Notes under the pieces: generated by a model
What the model was told of the DNA's origin: nothing
The model's input: the letters and a program-made list of their open reading frames with translations, nothing else
Database searches by the model: none
Translations under genes and position numbers: made by a program
Shown here: positions 41,976 through 56,564 of the stretch, in pieces
How positions within the stretch are numbered: position 1 is the first letter of the stretch
Layout: the number at the start of each line of letters is the position of its first letter
Assembly: GCA_964016885.1 (NCBI GenBank)
Contig: OZ024743.1
Location: 281,108,001 to 281,172,000, forward strand
Direction: 5' to 3'
DNA from: Eledone cirrhosa
Lineage: Eukaryota
Length of the DNA: 64,000 nt

Positions 41976-42160
41976 CCTACTCGTTCCTATTACCCACTCT
42001 ACTACCCTTAGTATTGAGTACTTTGGTGCGTTATGGTCCACCTGGTTCCTCACCACATTTCCTTCGTTATCTAGCTCCTATTCCCGTAGTAGAGCACTTT
42101 CCGACCCTACCACGCCGTATACAGACTTTTCCGCTAAGCTCAAGTTATTTCACCCGCACC

Positions 42161-44337
42161 ATGCGAAAACACAACATCGACTTCTCTACCAAGAACATCC
42201 CAGTCCCACCGAAAAAACTTTACCTTCGGATGCTCACGCAAAAAATCGATCTATTTGCGAAAAGACTTAGATGGAGAACTTTTTTCTACGACAGATATTG
42301 CGACAATCAGGACTTCGGTACCAAGGAGAGATTCGGATTTATTACCTACAAATCTCCCCCTCCGAACCCTATGTTCTCACCCTTCGAGAATGACCTTTTC
42401 CAACTGGTCAAGAACATTAAATTCAAACCCAGACACAACCGATTCCTACAAAAACTCCGTAGCAACTTAACAGAGTATGATAACACCAATGACATCATGG
42501 TGCACTCGGATAAAACGGGTAACCTCTACTTTGTCAACCCCGACAGATACCACACATTGATCAGGAGCAGCCTAAACTCCACCTATAAAAAGGCTAACCA
42601 CTCATGCATCGAAGACATAAATCGAGATGGACAACAAATTACCTCCAGCCTCGGGGTCGCCGACCGCACGGAACCCCTAGACCCACGGACACCCTACTTC
42701 ACACTGAAGGACCACAAATCAGATTTCGACCGTAAACCTTCTATCAGGCTTATAAACCCAACGAAGTCCGACATAGGGAGAATCAGCAAAAAAATCCTAG
42801 ACCGCGTTATACCAAAAGTTAAGCAACACGCCAGACTTAGCCTATGGGTCAACACCCAGGAAGTAATCTCATGGTTCAGCAATATGGAGGAAAAACGAGA
42901 CACTAAATTCATCCAGTTTGACATAGAGAGTTACTATGCTTCAATTACTTTACCGCTACTTACGGCTGCCTTGGACTTCGCCGAAACACTTGTGCCCATC
43001 ACCGACCAGGAAAGAAACATCATCCTCCACGCCAGGAAGACAGTCTTACTCTTCGACAACTCCAAATGGATAAAGAGAGCTCTCGACTCACCCTTCGACG
43101 TCAGCATGGGCGCGACGGATTCAGCTGAGGTCACAGATCTTATAGGATTATTCCTAATAGCCAAACTCACCGATATGTTTCCTGCATTCGGCGGTGGATT
43201 GTACCGTGATGATGGGCGCCTTACCCTTAAAGGGTACAACCCCAGTAGTACAAGATCGGGTCCGTAAACAATTAATCAGCTTCTTCCGCGATTGGGGATT
43301 TAAAATAACCCTACAAACGTACCTGACCCGAGTAAACTTCCTGGACGTTACCCTTGACCTCGATAATGATCTGTACTACCCATACAGGAAACCTAACGAC
43401 AACCTGCACTACATCCACCGCCGATCAAACCATCCTAGGAACATCACCAATAACCTGGTTAAAAACATCTCCCTCCGCATATCTCGTTTGTCAGCTAATG
43501 AGCAGATATTCGAGGAACATGCGCCTTATTACAACCAGGCCCTCAAGCGGAGTGGTTTCCGGGAGGAAATATCCTACTGTCCAGCTTCCATTAGCGGAAC
43601 CAGCAGGCGACACCGCCGCTCACGCAACGTAACATGGTTCAATCCTCCCCCACAACGCCGAGGTGACAACTCCTATCGGGAAAATATTCTTTAGGCTCAT
43701 TGAAAAACACTTCCCACTACAACACCGCTACCACAACATAATTAACAAAAATACCATCAAACTCTCCTACAGCACCACACCAAACTTTGCACAAAACATC
43801 GTCTCCTCTAACAACAAAAAACTCAACCCCTATGGAAGAAATAACCTAAATAGCAGTGGAGAGCCGACCAGGAGGTGCAACTGTCCTGATGGATCCATTT
43901 TCCCCCTCGACAACAGATGCAGAGATCGTAATGTGATCTACCAGTGCAACGTGAGGACGGACACCTCCAACAAAGCTTATATAGGATTAACCGCATGTGA
44001 CTTCAAGACCCGGCTATACCAACACAGACATACCTTCCGAAACCCGGCCCGGCGTCACGCCACTACACTTTCGGGCCACATATGGGACCTCAAGGATAAC
44101 AATATTACCTATGTTCTCACTTGGAGCTTACTATCCAGAGCCAACTCTTACACGGGAGGACGCCGTCCGTGCAATTTATGCTCTGAGGAAACTTTACAAA
44201 TGCTGTTTTCGACGGACCAACCCCTAAACAAGAAAGATGAACTGTTAACTGCATGTAAACACAGATTGCATAGGACTTACCTCGCCCTCAAACCCCATAA
44301 TGACCCCGGGGGGGGGGGGGGTAGACTACGGCTATAA
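42161..44337 (+). pseudogene. PLE polyprotein (RT + CNC..C linker + GIY-YIG) with two frameshifts (~43245, ~43655)
   Basis: SDKT, TLKDHK, RLINPTKSDIGRISK, FDIESYY, MG, YRDDG, NFLDV, VIY..YIGLT..FKTR..QH, CNLCSEE, CKH. Confidence 0.93.
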
Positions 44338-45500
44338 CACCCCACTTACCGATTTTGTAATGGGTAACCCCTGCTTGCAAAGGTAGACCTAAGATCTTCT
44401 TTTATATCTTTTTATCACTTCCTCTATATTTCCTTCTTCCCCCATCCCTCCCTAGTCCTTCCACCCCAGTCCTCTTTCTTTGTCGTCGTCCTTTTACTTT
44501 CTCGCCCACCCGAGGCAGCCCCTCGGTCCTTTGTAGCCTCAGTACCCCCACCCCCTTCCCCTATTCTATGATAGGTTTGGCCGACGCCGCTTTTTATAGC
44601 AAATGTGTTAGACCCCGGATACTTGCCTTCTTATCCGATGGCTGCCCCTTCTCCGTGCTTTCTATATTTCTTAGTGGTATCTTTGCTTTAATTTCTCGTA
44701 TATCAGTATTTATTTTTTTTTGTTGGGGGGGGGGGGGATTATGAATTAATTTTCCGTATCAAATTTTACATATACTTCGTACGAGCATTTATGTAGTTTG
44801 CACTAGAATTTTTGTATCGTGGCGGCACCCTTAGAGATAGTATTAGTTTTCTTTTTCGGGATTCTGAATTATTATTTCGTATTAGTTTATTTTTTTTGCA
44901 TTGGGTGGTTGCTGGCCTTGTGCCTGGAGTAGAAACCTTTATTTCGTACTGGTTTCGGGACTCTGAATTATTATTTCGTGGTAGTTTCTTTAGTATTTTG
45001 GCCCCCCACTTGTTGACCCGTCACCGTAAGATATATTCGGTTGTTTACTTATACCTCTTAAAAGGGTCTCATTATAATTCCATCCCACCTAGTAAACCTT
45101 TCTTTAGTCTAGCAGTACCAGTGAGAGACTTGATAGCTGTCCTTAGGTTATAGTAACCAGAAATTGCTTTGTTTTTTTTTTGTTTTTTTTTTACCTTTAA
45201 TTGTTTTTTAACACTCTCGGTATTTCTATATATATTTACCCCATATTGTTTTACTTATTGTTTCGAATTCCTCCCCCTCCCCCCCCCCCCCCCCTAGTAT
45301 CTTCTTTGACCTCATGCCCAGCTGTAGTTGGCACTATCAACGCACCACGACTGGGTTTCCTCCACCTCCTCTCCCTCTTTCTTCTACTGGCAGGTTCAGC
45401 TACCCCTTCCCTCCACAAATTGCCATGATAGAATTATTATGTCTCAACAACAAACTTTTGACCAATCCTTGTGACAATCACTTTTACCATATATGGAATT

Positions 45501-45596
45501 ACCCCCTGAGAAGCTCGGCTATTCAAATACCAGGATAAATTTTTTTATTTAGTCCAGAATTAGCCGTCGAAACGGCTTGAGCTCAGCCGTAGGGGT
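45501..45596 (+). ncRNA. Type I hammerhead with CUGAGAA core (3' pLTR; GUA cleavage triplet)
   Basis: As 41880-41975, but GTA instead of GTC. Confidence 0.7.
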
Positions 45597-45606
45597 CCTA
45601 CTCGTT

Positions 45607-45645
<39 letters not shown>

Positions 45646-45676
45646 AGATCAAAAGATGGTTAAAGGAGTTCCATAT

Positions 45677-45745
45677 ATTTTATTATGCGCATTTCAAAAA
45701 CAAACATCATCAAGCAATAATATTTGTGTTTTCATCAGATAAAAC
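45677..45745 (-). ncRNA. Type I hammerhead (inverted pLTR copy)
   Basis: Reverse complement of 46753-46821. Confidence 0.88.
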
Positions 45746-46752
45746 AGGAGAACATGATATGAAGGCTAAAAAAACACTTGTTGATAGTGCAGTTTTAAAT
45801 CAACATATGAAAAGTGGTTTTAGATTGATGTGTGATATTGGGAAAAATATTTTATTTAGAGAGGGGGGGGGGGATGAAAAGGGAAGGAGATGAGAGGGAG
45901 AGATGGGTGATAGAGAGAAAGAGATAGTTTTTATAACTGAGAGGAGATATATTTTTTACATAGAGGGGTTGAAAACCGTTGGAAGATACTGTATAAATTA
46001 AAAATTTTGAAAATTAACGAAAGGAGGATATGTGCGAGGAAAAAATATTTTATTTAGGGAGGGTGGGGTGGAAAGGATGAAAAAAAGGGGGGGAGGAGAT
46101 GAGAGTGAAGGTGGAGAGGGAGAGATGGGTGATAGAGAGAAAGAGATAGTTTTTATAACTGAGAAAAAGATATATTGTTTTAATATAGAGAGGTTGGGAA
46201 CCGTTGGAAGATAATGTATAAATTAAAGGAATTTGAAAATTAACGAAGGGAAATTATGTATGAAGATAGAGAGAAAAAAATAATAATTGTGGGTGAATAT
46301 TCTAACGTCAAAAGAAGAAATGTATGTATTGTGGCAATTTCAAAATTAGCGAAGAGAAAAATTGTTAAGGTAGAAGGATTTGAGAAGTGTAGAAGGATTT
46401 GAGAAAAATAATGTGAAGTTAAAGTTTGTATATTGAATTGATATGTATTAATAATGAGTTCGTTGATGGGGAGAAAAAAATAATAATAAATTAAGGATGA
46501 AATTGAGATTAAAAAGATTTATGATAGAGAGAAAAAATAATAATGATTGCGGATGAATATTCAAAATGTCAAAAACAAATGTTATTATTTTACGAGAAGA
46601 TAGAATGAGGGTAATGAGTAAACAAGTATTATTGTTTCGAATATAAAATATTTTTCCCAATATCACACATCAATCTAAAACCACTTTTCATATGTTGATT
46701 TAAAACTGCACTATCAACAAGTGTTTTTTTAGCCTTCATATCATGTTCTCCT

Positions 46753-46821
46753 GTTTTATCTGATGAAAACACAAATATTATTGCTTGATGATGTTTGTTT
46801 TTGAAATGCGCATAATAAAAT
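46753..46821 (+). ncRNA. Type I hammerhead with palindromic helix III
   Basis: gttttat-CTGATGA-aaacacaaatattatt gctt gatgatgtttgttttt-GAAA-tgcgca-TA-ataaaat. Confidence 0.9.
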
Positions 46822-47026
46822 ATATGGAACTCCTTTAACCATCTTTTGATCTTATATTATGCATACTCCAGTCCCACAAACTGTAGAGTGCTTCTTATCC
46901 GATATCTGCATTGCTTTATTGTACTACAATAAAACTCACCTCCTACATTAACTTGCTCCTTAACGGTTGAGCGCTTACTCTCATATTGGATACCTTTTGA
47001 TGGTCCTTCACCTCTTCTTCTACAAC

Positions 47027-49429
47027 ATGGATTATTACAACATAACCAATTCAACTAAAGACATTCCTATACCTGGTAAATCCGAATTCACCAAACTTCT
47101 TATTGAAAAAACTGACTCCTTCGTAAGAAGACTTAGATGGACAGCCTATTTCTATGACCAGCGCCTAAAAGGGAATTTTCATACCAAAGAACACAACTTC
47201 CTCAATCATCTTTTTAATTCTAGACGAAATCCTCCTTCCAACAAAAATCTAGCACAATTCGAGGAATAATTAACTAAAATAATAAAAAATCTTAAATTCA
47301 AGAGATACCCTTACAAAGGACAAGAGCACCTTGTAAATCTCAAGAACACAATCTCTAACCTAAATTCCTCAAAAAATGTTTTAGTCCACTCTGACAAAAC
47401 CAATAACCTATATGGTATTTCCAAGGATAATTATAACAACCTTATCCTAAAGGAACTTAGGAAAAAGTATCGTAAAACCAACCATGAAAATTTAGAATGC
47501 ATAAACCTTGAAGCCTATGAGATTATGTCAAAACTTGGCATTGAAAAAAAGACCGAACCATTCCTCCCAAGAACTCCGAGGATAAATCTCAAGGATCACA
47601 AAAACAATTTTCGCACTGAACTACCTGTTAGATTAATGGCCCCCTCTAAATCTGATCTGGGGGTTGTTAGTAAAGCCATCTTGGATAGGATTATCCCACA
47701 GGTTAGTTCTAATTGCTCTTCTTTAAACCTAAATTTATGGTTTGGTACTTCTGAAGTGATTGGCTGGTTCAACAAATTGGATAATAAAAACAAACTAAAA
47801 TTTATTCAATTCGATATTGCCAGCTACTATTCCTCCATTTCGCCTTCACTTCTCAATAATGCTCTATCTTTCGCACTTAAATATTCTGACATCACCACAG
47901 ATGAACTTCACATCATCCTCACCGCACGTAAAACCATCCTAGAGTTCAACAACGAATATTGGACCAGAGCCGATACCTCTAACAACTTCGACATCACAAT
48001 GGGAGCATCCGATTCATCCCAATTGACTGATTTAATTGGTATCTTCATTTTGAACTCTTTGAGTCGGAAAATTCCTCAACTTCGCGGTGGAATTTATCGT
48101 GACGATGGACTCTTTACTATCCTAAATTGCAATATAGTTAAACTTAATATTATTAAGAACAATATACGTAATCTCTTTAACCAACATAACCTAAAAATTG
48201 AATTTGATAATAGTATCAAACTAGCTAATTTCTTGGATGTATCTCTTAATCTTGACACTGGCCTATATTACCCTTACCATAAAAACAATGAGAATCTTAA
48301 TTATGTTAACTTTAAATCTAACCATCCTACCAATATCAAGAATGCTATAGTTAATAATATTGGAAATAGAATATCTAACATATCTTCTAATAAAAACATC
48401 TTTGATGCTAACGCCAATTACTATAATAACGCACTTTCTAAAGCCGGCTATCCAGATAAAATCAAATATAATAAAGAAACAAATTCTAGGAAAACTTACA
48501 GTAGAATAATTAATCTTGACCATTCCAATAATTTTAATAAAAGACCTAGATACAAAAACATAATCTGGTATAATGCTCCTTTCTCCATCTCTATTAATAA
48601 CAATATTCCTAAATTATTTTTTAGTGCCTTAAATAAATGCTTCCCTCCCTCACATATCTATAGTAAAATATTTAACAAACACACCATCAAATTTTCGTAT
48701 TCTACATCCTCCAATATTTCCAACATCATCTCTAAACACAACAACAAAATATTAAATACTAAATCTCTTCCTTCCAATATTGAATTTCATAATAACAGTA
48801 ATAGTACTCCCGACGTCATTGTAAACCCTAGGCTAACTTCTGTAAACCCAAATACAACGTCAAATACAACTTCGCTAAATGTTCATAATCCAACTCTAAA
48901 TCAAGAAACTATTATTCCTATTATTCCTATCGCAAACAACTTCTCCAATCCAATTCCTTCTATAGATAACACTAGATCACTCATTAATAATCTCTCTAAT
49001 TGCAACTGCCGCATTAAAAATAAATGTCCTCTCAACAACCATTGCCTCGATAAAAACTTAATTTATGAATGTAAAATTATAACTAGCACCAATTCCTTCA
49101 CCTATTTTGGCTCCACTTCCACCTCTTTTAAAGCTCGTCTCTATAATCATCATTCATCTTTCAAATACAAACTTAAAAGAACTAACACTGCTCTCTCAGA
49201 ACTCATATGGTCCTTAAAAGACAAAAACATTAAATATAACATCTTTTGGAAAAAGATTTCTTCTGCATCCTCATACTTGAACAGCTCACTATCTAAAATC
49301 TGTAATCTCTGCCTAAATGAAAAATTTACCATTATCTCTAACCTAGAATCTATAATAAATAGACGCTCAGATTTGTTTTCTATCTGCCTGCATAAATTCC
49401 ATAGAACTTTTCACAAAGTATACAGTTAA
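47027..49429 (+). CDS. PLE polyprotein (~800 codons; RT + GIY-YIG) with one in-frame TAA at 47267-47269
   Basis: The frame is continuous across the stop (FEE*LTKIIKNLKF..SDKT); FDIASYY, YRDDG, CNCR..CPL..C, LIY..YFGST..FKAR..NH, CNLCLNEK, CLH. Confidence 0.93.
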
Positions 49430-50424
49430 TATTCAATTCTTTATCAATTTAGAATCTTTTCTCAAAGGCACATATACATACACCTCTTTAAAATATACCC
49501 ATCTACCTTACTTTAAAGGGCATTATACACTCTATAATACTTGTTTACTCATTACCCTCATTCTATCTTCTCGTAAAATAATAACATTTGTTTTTGACAT
49601 TTTGAATATTCATCCGCAATCATTATTATTTTTTCTCTCTATCATAAATCTTTTTAATCTCAATTTCATCCTTAATTTATTATTATTTTTTTCTCCCCAT
49701 CAACGAACTCATTATTAATACATATCAATTCAATATACAAACTTTAACTTCACATTATTTTTCTCAAATCCTTCTACACTTCTCAAATCCTTCTACCTTA
49801 ACAATTTTTCTCTTCGCTAATTTTGAAATTGCCACAATACATACATTTCTTCTTTTGACGTTAGAATATTCACCCACAATTATTATTTTTTTCTCTCTAT
49901 CTTCATACATAATTTCCCTTCGTTAATTTTCAAATTCCTTTAATTTATACATTATCTTCCAACGGTTCCCAACCTCTCTATATTAAAACAATATATCTTT
50001 TTCTCAGTTATAAAAACTATCTCTTTCTCTCTATCACCCATCTCTCCCTCTCCACCTTCACTCTCATCTCCTCCCCCCTTTTTTTCATCCCTTCCACCCC
50101 ACCCTCCCTAAATAAAATATTTTTTCCTCGCACATATCCTCCCTTCGTTAATTTTCAAAATTTTTAATTTATACAGTATCTTCCAACGGTTTTCAACCCC
50201 TCTATGTAAAAAATATATCTCCTCTCAGTTATAAAAACTATCTCTTTCTCTCTATCACCCATCTCTCCCTCTCATCTCCTTCCCTTTTCATCCTTCCCCC
50301 CCCCCCCTCTCTAAATAAAATATTTTTCCCAATATCACACATCAATCTAAAACCACTTTTCATATGTTGATTTAAAACTGCACTATCAACAAGTGTTTTT
50401 TTAGCCTTCATATCATGTTCTCCT

Positions 50425-50493
50425 GTTTTATCTGATGAAAACACAAATATTATTGCTTGATGATGTTTGTTTTTGAAATGCGCATAATAAAAT
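50425..50493 (+). ncRNA. Type I hammerhead (3' pLTR)
   Basis: Identical to 46753-46821. Confidence 0.9.
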
Positions 50494-50615
50494 ATATGGA
50501 ACTCCTTTAACCATCTTTTGATCTTATATTATGCATACTCCAGTCCCACAAACTGTAGAGTGCTTCTTATCCGATATCTGCATTGCTTTATTGTACTACA
50601 ATAAAACTCACCTCC

Positions 50616-50787
<172 letters not shown>

Positions 50788-50799
50788 CATATATATACA

Positions 50800-50985
50800 T
50801 AGGTAAGTTATTCCGGGTTGAATCGGAGGTAACCACCGTAAGTAAGGTACTCAATACATAGCAGAGTATAAAGTTTTAATATAGATGAGATTCTACAGGA
50901 CTAGAACTGTTTCATTCTTTAGAATCTGATGATTTCTAAAGAATGAAACAGTTCTAGTCCTGTAGAATCTCATGTATATTAAAAC
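50800..50985. mobile_element. Small pLTR-like fold-back with an HHR core starting in the loop
   Basis: Arms 50873-50924 / 50934-50985; CTGATGA at 50926, GAAA at 50945; ~70-nt left extension containing GTACTCAATAC as in family B. Confidence 0.65.
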
Positions 50986-51027
50986 ATATATATACATATA
51001 TATACATGCATATACATATAGATATAC

Positions 51028-51238
<211 letters not shown>

Positions 51239-51534
51239 TGATAACATAGAAGGAAATTTTTCTGTCTTAGGGTGTAAGGTTCAATGGGAAACTTATGCAT
51301 TGCTGATTTAATCCGCTTGTAATCAACATTTGTCATATTTTTAGTTCTTGTTTTGATGGAGGGTTTTTTGTTTGCTTGTTTGTTGTTATTCTTCTCCAAA
51401 AATGAAAGAATGTTTCTATAAATTTTCTGATGCTTTAAATCTTCATTTAAGTACTTAAATAATAAAACAACATGCAACAACATCATGTCAAACCTATAAA
51501 CAATAACAATATCACACGTACGACAACCCCAATA

Positions 51535-51589
<55 letters not shown>

Positions 51590-52285
51590 GATTACAAAAA
51601 TATATATATTGTTAAAAAGAAATAAAATCCCGTTGACAATTCATTAGCCACAAAACGTAATATGCTCGAGGGTAAACAGAAAAAGCAAGGTAAACATAAT
51701 GCATACAAGTACAAAAGCAGCTAAAAAACTGACAACAATTAATAAAGATAAGAATAATAATGATGAGGATGATGATGATGATGGTGATGATGATGATGAT
51801 GATGATAATTTTTATTATTGTTGTTGTTATTATTATTGTATAATCACAAATCACTTTTGCTCATTTGCTTCTAATGATCATGACGTCGCTTATATAAGAA
51901 TGGTGTGAAGATAAAGTTGTTTTTCTCTCTTCCTCAAAGGATATAGGAAACACACATTTCATACAGATATGTATGTACTCGTGCGGACGATTGTATGTCG
52001 TGCGTGTGTATGTGAGTGTGTGTGTGTGTGTATGTTGAGATATTCATGTCTCTATGTGTGTGTGGTGTTGGTATGAGAAAGGTACCACTTAATTTATTGT
52101 AGATTAAATTTGGATTTTGAAAACCTTATATATTCTAGGAAGCTAAATTTCTATTTAAATAATAAACACACAGAGAAAAACACGCTACACATGCGCACAC
52201 GCCTATATATATATGTGTATATATGCATACATATATATACATATACATATATATACATATACATATATATATATTTATATATATA

Positions 52286-52542
<257 letters not shown>

Positions 52543-52935
52543 CCCTTGCTAGATTAAGTACAATGTCGATGTGTATGTGTTATCTATTTGGAGAATAGCA
52601 ATATACAAGAATTTTAATGACAAAAAAAATTAAAGCAAAGTATAAGAAATTAATAATTAATACATATACAAACAACCTTTAAACAATGAAAGAAATAAAG
52701 ATGGCAGCGGATGTAAGTAGTAGGAAGGCGGGAAAGTATTTTGCCTTCCATGACTACTTAACAATAAGCTTGTAGCCTTAAATACTTGGCTTTCTTTGGC
52801 TTCGTTTCGGCTGTATTTTTCTTTTTTTCTTTTCGCGTCTCTAATCACTTTTATCTCTTGAACGAAGCATTGTTCTTATTATCATCATTGTCATCATTAT
52901 CATCATCATTAAAAAGTGAAATTATTATTATTATT

Positions 52936-52976
<41 letters not shown>

Positions 52977-53315
52977 TTATTATTATTATTTATTTATTTT
53001 AATAATAATAATAATAATAATGATATAATGATCTAACTTCATTTCGCTATTTGTTTATTATAATTTGTTGACGTTGATTTGCTTGTTATTGTTGTTGTTT
53101 GTAGTGGAATTTGTGATTATAGTGGTGGTGTTGGAGGTTATAGTAATCGTGTTCGTGGTTATGGGGTTCCGGGGTGGTGTATTAACGTTGATGATTTCTT
53201 TTGAGTTTGTTATGTATTGCTGCTGTAATTGCTGGTGATGTTGCTGCTGTTGTTGTTGTTGCTATTGATGTTGCTGTTGTTGTTGTTGCTGTAGTTTTTG
53301 TCGTCGTAGTCGTAG

Positions 53316-53406
53316 TCTCGGTCTTCTGTATGAAAAATCTATCAACTTGGAATTAATGCAGTATGATGAAGTTATCCGGAAGATGTCCTTAAGGGTTTTA
53401 CAGACT
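53316..53406 (+). CDS. Candidate host exon ([30 protein letters not shown]), product unknown
   Basis: TAG| acceptor, open frame, ACT|GTAAGA donor, unique sequence among microsatellites. Confidence 0.35.
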
Positions 53407-53462
53407 GTAAGAGACGCGCACTCACACACACTCACATTCAGACACATGCACGCATTTTAATT

Positions 53463-53573
<111 letters not shown>

Positions 53574-53672
53574 TTATATATATATATATATTTATATATA
53601 TTTATATATATATATATATATTTATATATATTTATATATATATATATATATTTATATATATTTATATATATT

Positions 53673-53703
<31 letters not shown>

Positions 53704-53803
53704 ATATATATTTGTATATATATATTAATAAATATATATATATTTATATATTAAAATTAATCATGTATGTATATATAAATATTTATATATGTATGTATAT
53801 ATG

Positions 53804-53834
<31 letters not shown>

Positions 53835-54341
53835 ATATATGTATATATATATATGTATGTATGTATGTATACATATATATAAATTCGATAAGCCTACTTA
53901 TGTGTTTGCATAATTGTAATTGTAGTTGTTACATTTGTTATTTTAGTAATTCTTTAATCTTTATAAATATGGCTTTGTGGTTAAGTAAGTTGCTTCACGA
54001 CTACGTTATTCTGCGTTCGGTTCCTGTATGTTGCACCTTGAACGTGTGTTTTTTTTTACTCTAAGGTGTGACCTCCCTTATGTAATATAATAAATAGAGT
54101 GACTTTGGTTAAGTTAGAATATCCAGACCATTTGTAGAAAAACACTGTTGTTTCAAATCTGAAAATAACAACCAAGTAAAGAGACTCTAGTGATATCATC
54201 CAGTATGGGAGTGAATCTCGTAGTTTAACCAACTAGTGAAGGCAATGTCAACTTAAATCTTCTCGTTGAAATATATTCAACTCCACTAATAATTCGAAAA
54301 GTAATCAAGAGAGAGTGAGAGAAAGAGAGTAATAAATACGC

Positions 54342-54395
<54 letters not shown>

Positions 54396-54421
54396 GTGTG
54401 TGTATGTATGTATGTGTGTGT

Positions 54422-54474
<53 letters not shown>

Positions 54475-54615
54475 GATAGGATGTTACTAGTTAAATGACT
54501 AATAAGACCATTATTTAAATTAGTTCTTGATACTTTTATGAAAGTAGAGTGTATTATTTAATATATGTAAACCCAATGGTCAATCTTAACACACACACAT
54601 ATATATATATATTAT

Positions 54616-54724
<109 letters not shown>

Positions 54725-54796
54725 AAGAAAAAGAGATGAAATCGAAAATGCAACTGGAGTCTTATTTTTTTTTTAAATATATATATTTATTTGGTT

Positions 54797-54834
54797 CCTT
54801 TACCGGTTTCGCAGTTCTTCGGCTTTTCAAAAGT
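54797..54834 (-). ncRNA. Minimal hammerhead, U3-A8 variant (one helix II mismatch)
   Basis: actt-TTGAAAA-gccg aagaa ctgc-GAAA-ccgg-TA-aagg. Confidence 0.7.
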
Positions 54835-54909
54835 AGAGTTGAGATGGAGGGTCTGTGGTTTTTCTCATCTGAAATGTGAGAAAAACCACAGACCCTCCAT
54901 CTCAACTCA

Positions 54910-54947
54910 CCTTTTGAAAAGCAGAAGAACTGCGAAACCGGTAAAGG
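54910..54947 (+). ncRNA. Minimal hammerhead, U3-A8 variant
   Basis: cctt-TTGAAAA-gcag aagaa ctgc-GAAA-ccgg-TA-aagg. Confidence 0.8.
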
Positions 54948-55604
54948 AACCAAATAAATATATATATATATTTTTTTTAAATAAGACTCCAGTTGCATTT
55001 TCGCTTTCATCTCTTTTTCTTTATACTTTCACTCGTGTAGGACACCTCGGTTATTTTTCATTTTGTAAAAAAAACCTCACTTTCTAATATATATATATAT
55101 ATTTATAATATATATATATATATATACAGAGATATCCACGGTAAGTTGTGGGGTCTATTCTGCATGAAGAACTCAATTAATCAATATGTTGAAAATGTTG
55201 TAGGTTAAGATAAATCCCGGAAAACAATAGAACATTAAAAGGAAAACAGAGTCATGATATAAGTTAAAACAATGAAATAAAAAAATCAAGTCATTAGAGA
55301 TATACTTCACTGCTTTACGATCGTTTCTAGATGATGATAATACATTGTAGCTATACTTCGTTATTGATCTATGTAAGGTTAGTTACAAAATATCAGATAA
55401 AGAGAATATTTACTTACATTCATATCACTTTTTAAAAAGACAAATAATACAATCCTTCAACCTGGAAAACACAACCACCCAAATCACCAACACAAAAACA
55501 ACAGAACACAAAATCACAATACAACCCTAACACCAAACCACCCACAAAGCAACCTTCATTCTCCTGATAACATTAATTACAATAGGAATGGCTCGAGGAT
55601 TAAT

Positions 55605-56071
55605 GTGAATAGTATAGGCACCCCCAACAACCATCTTACGTATGGTTGTAATTGCAGAAATAGAAGAATTTGCCCCTTAAATGGCAACTGTTTGATTAAT
55701 AATGTAATATATAAATGTACTGTGTCTACTACAGACTCCAACAAAACATATATAGGATCTACATCAAACACATTTAAGAAAAGATTTTACGCACACTCTA
55801 GTAGTTTTAACAATACGAAACTAGCTAACACCACATCTTTAGCTGAAGCGGTAAATAATTATAAAAAGAAAAAAATAGATTTCAAGCTATCGTGGAACAC
55901 CATTCTACAAAGAACTCCATATCTTGGAAACAGGAGGGAATGCAGTATATGTTTAGGGGAGATCTTGGAAATTACTAAATCTAAGGACGATTTATTAAAT
56001 AAAAGATAAGAACTGATTATAGTTTGTAATCACCGTATACGAAGAACATTTAAATACTATAAACCTAATTA
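55605..56071 (+). pseudogene. PLE GIY-YIG endonuclease domain
   Basis: CNCRNRRICPLNGNC, VIY..YIGST..FKKRFYAH, CSICLGE, LNKR*ELIIVCNH. Confidence 0.9.
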
Positions 56072-56290
56072 AATATTCTAAATAGCAACTCACTATAATT
56101 CTATATAGAGTAACATTTGTTAGTACCCCTTTCCCCTAATTATATGCATTCATGCTTATCTTTTACCTTTTAATGTTTTAGCTTCCTTAGGTTTATGCAT
56201 TAATGACTAAAGGCAACAAGGTACACAACCACGCGTAATTGCATGAGTAGATATATATCTATGTATGTATGATATGGGAATATATTTGTG

Positions 56291-56320
<30 letters not shown>

Positions 56321-56321
<1 letters not shown>

Positions 56322-56502
56322 GGGGAGGGTCATATTTGTGTAATATTGCCAGAATTAATAACAGAACACATTCACTGTTTGGTTGGTTTTCGCTTTTCGC
56401 TTGTGTTCTGTTATTAATACTGGCAATATTACACAAATATGACCCTCCCCAAGTATAACAATATTTGTTTCGACACGCGATTTCATATAAAAAACCTCGC
56501 AA

Positions 56503-56506
<4 letters not shown>
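56321..56506. mobile_element. Family-E-related fold-back fragment nested in PLE-D
   Basis: Arms 56321-56370 / 56402-56451; GACCCTCCCCAAGTATAACAATA and tail shared with 24053-24110. Confidence 0.75.

Positions 56507-56560
<54 letters not shown>

Positions 56561-56564
<4 letters not shown>

Larger units (their letters stand above)
41219..45610 (+). mobile_element. Near-complete PLE, family B (Nematis-like), with inverted 5' pLTR, partial direct pLTR, ORF and 3' pLTR
   Basis: 41300-41763 is the reverse complement of 45133-45610; 41764-41990 matches 45384-45610; (TA)n on both ends. Confidence 0.95.

Noticed and set aside
47267-47269. Selenocysteine or readthrough codon as in some Naiad PLEs
   Set aside because: The codon is TAA, not TGA; it is not at a Cys position; the endonuclease is C-terminal
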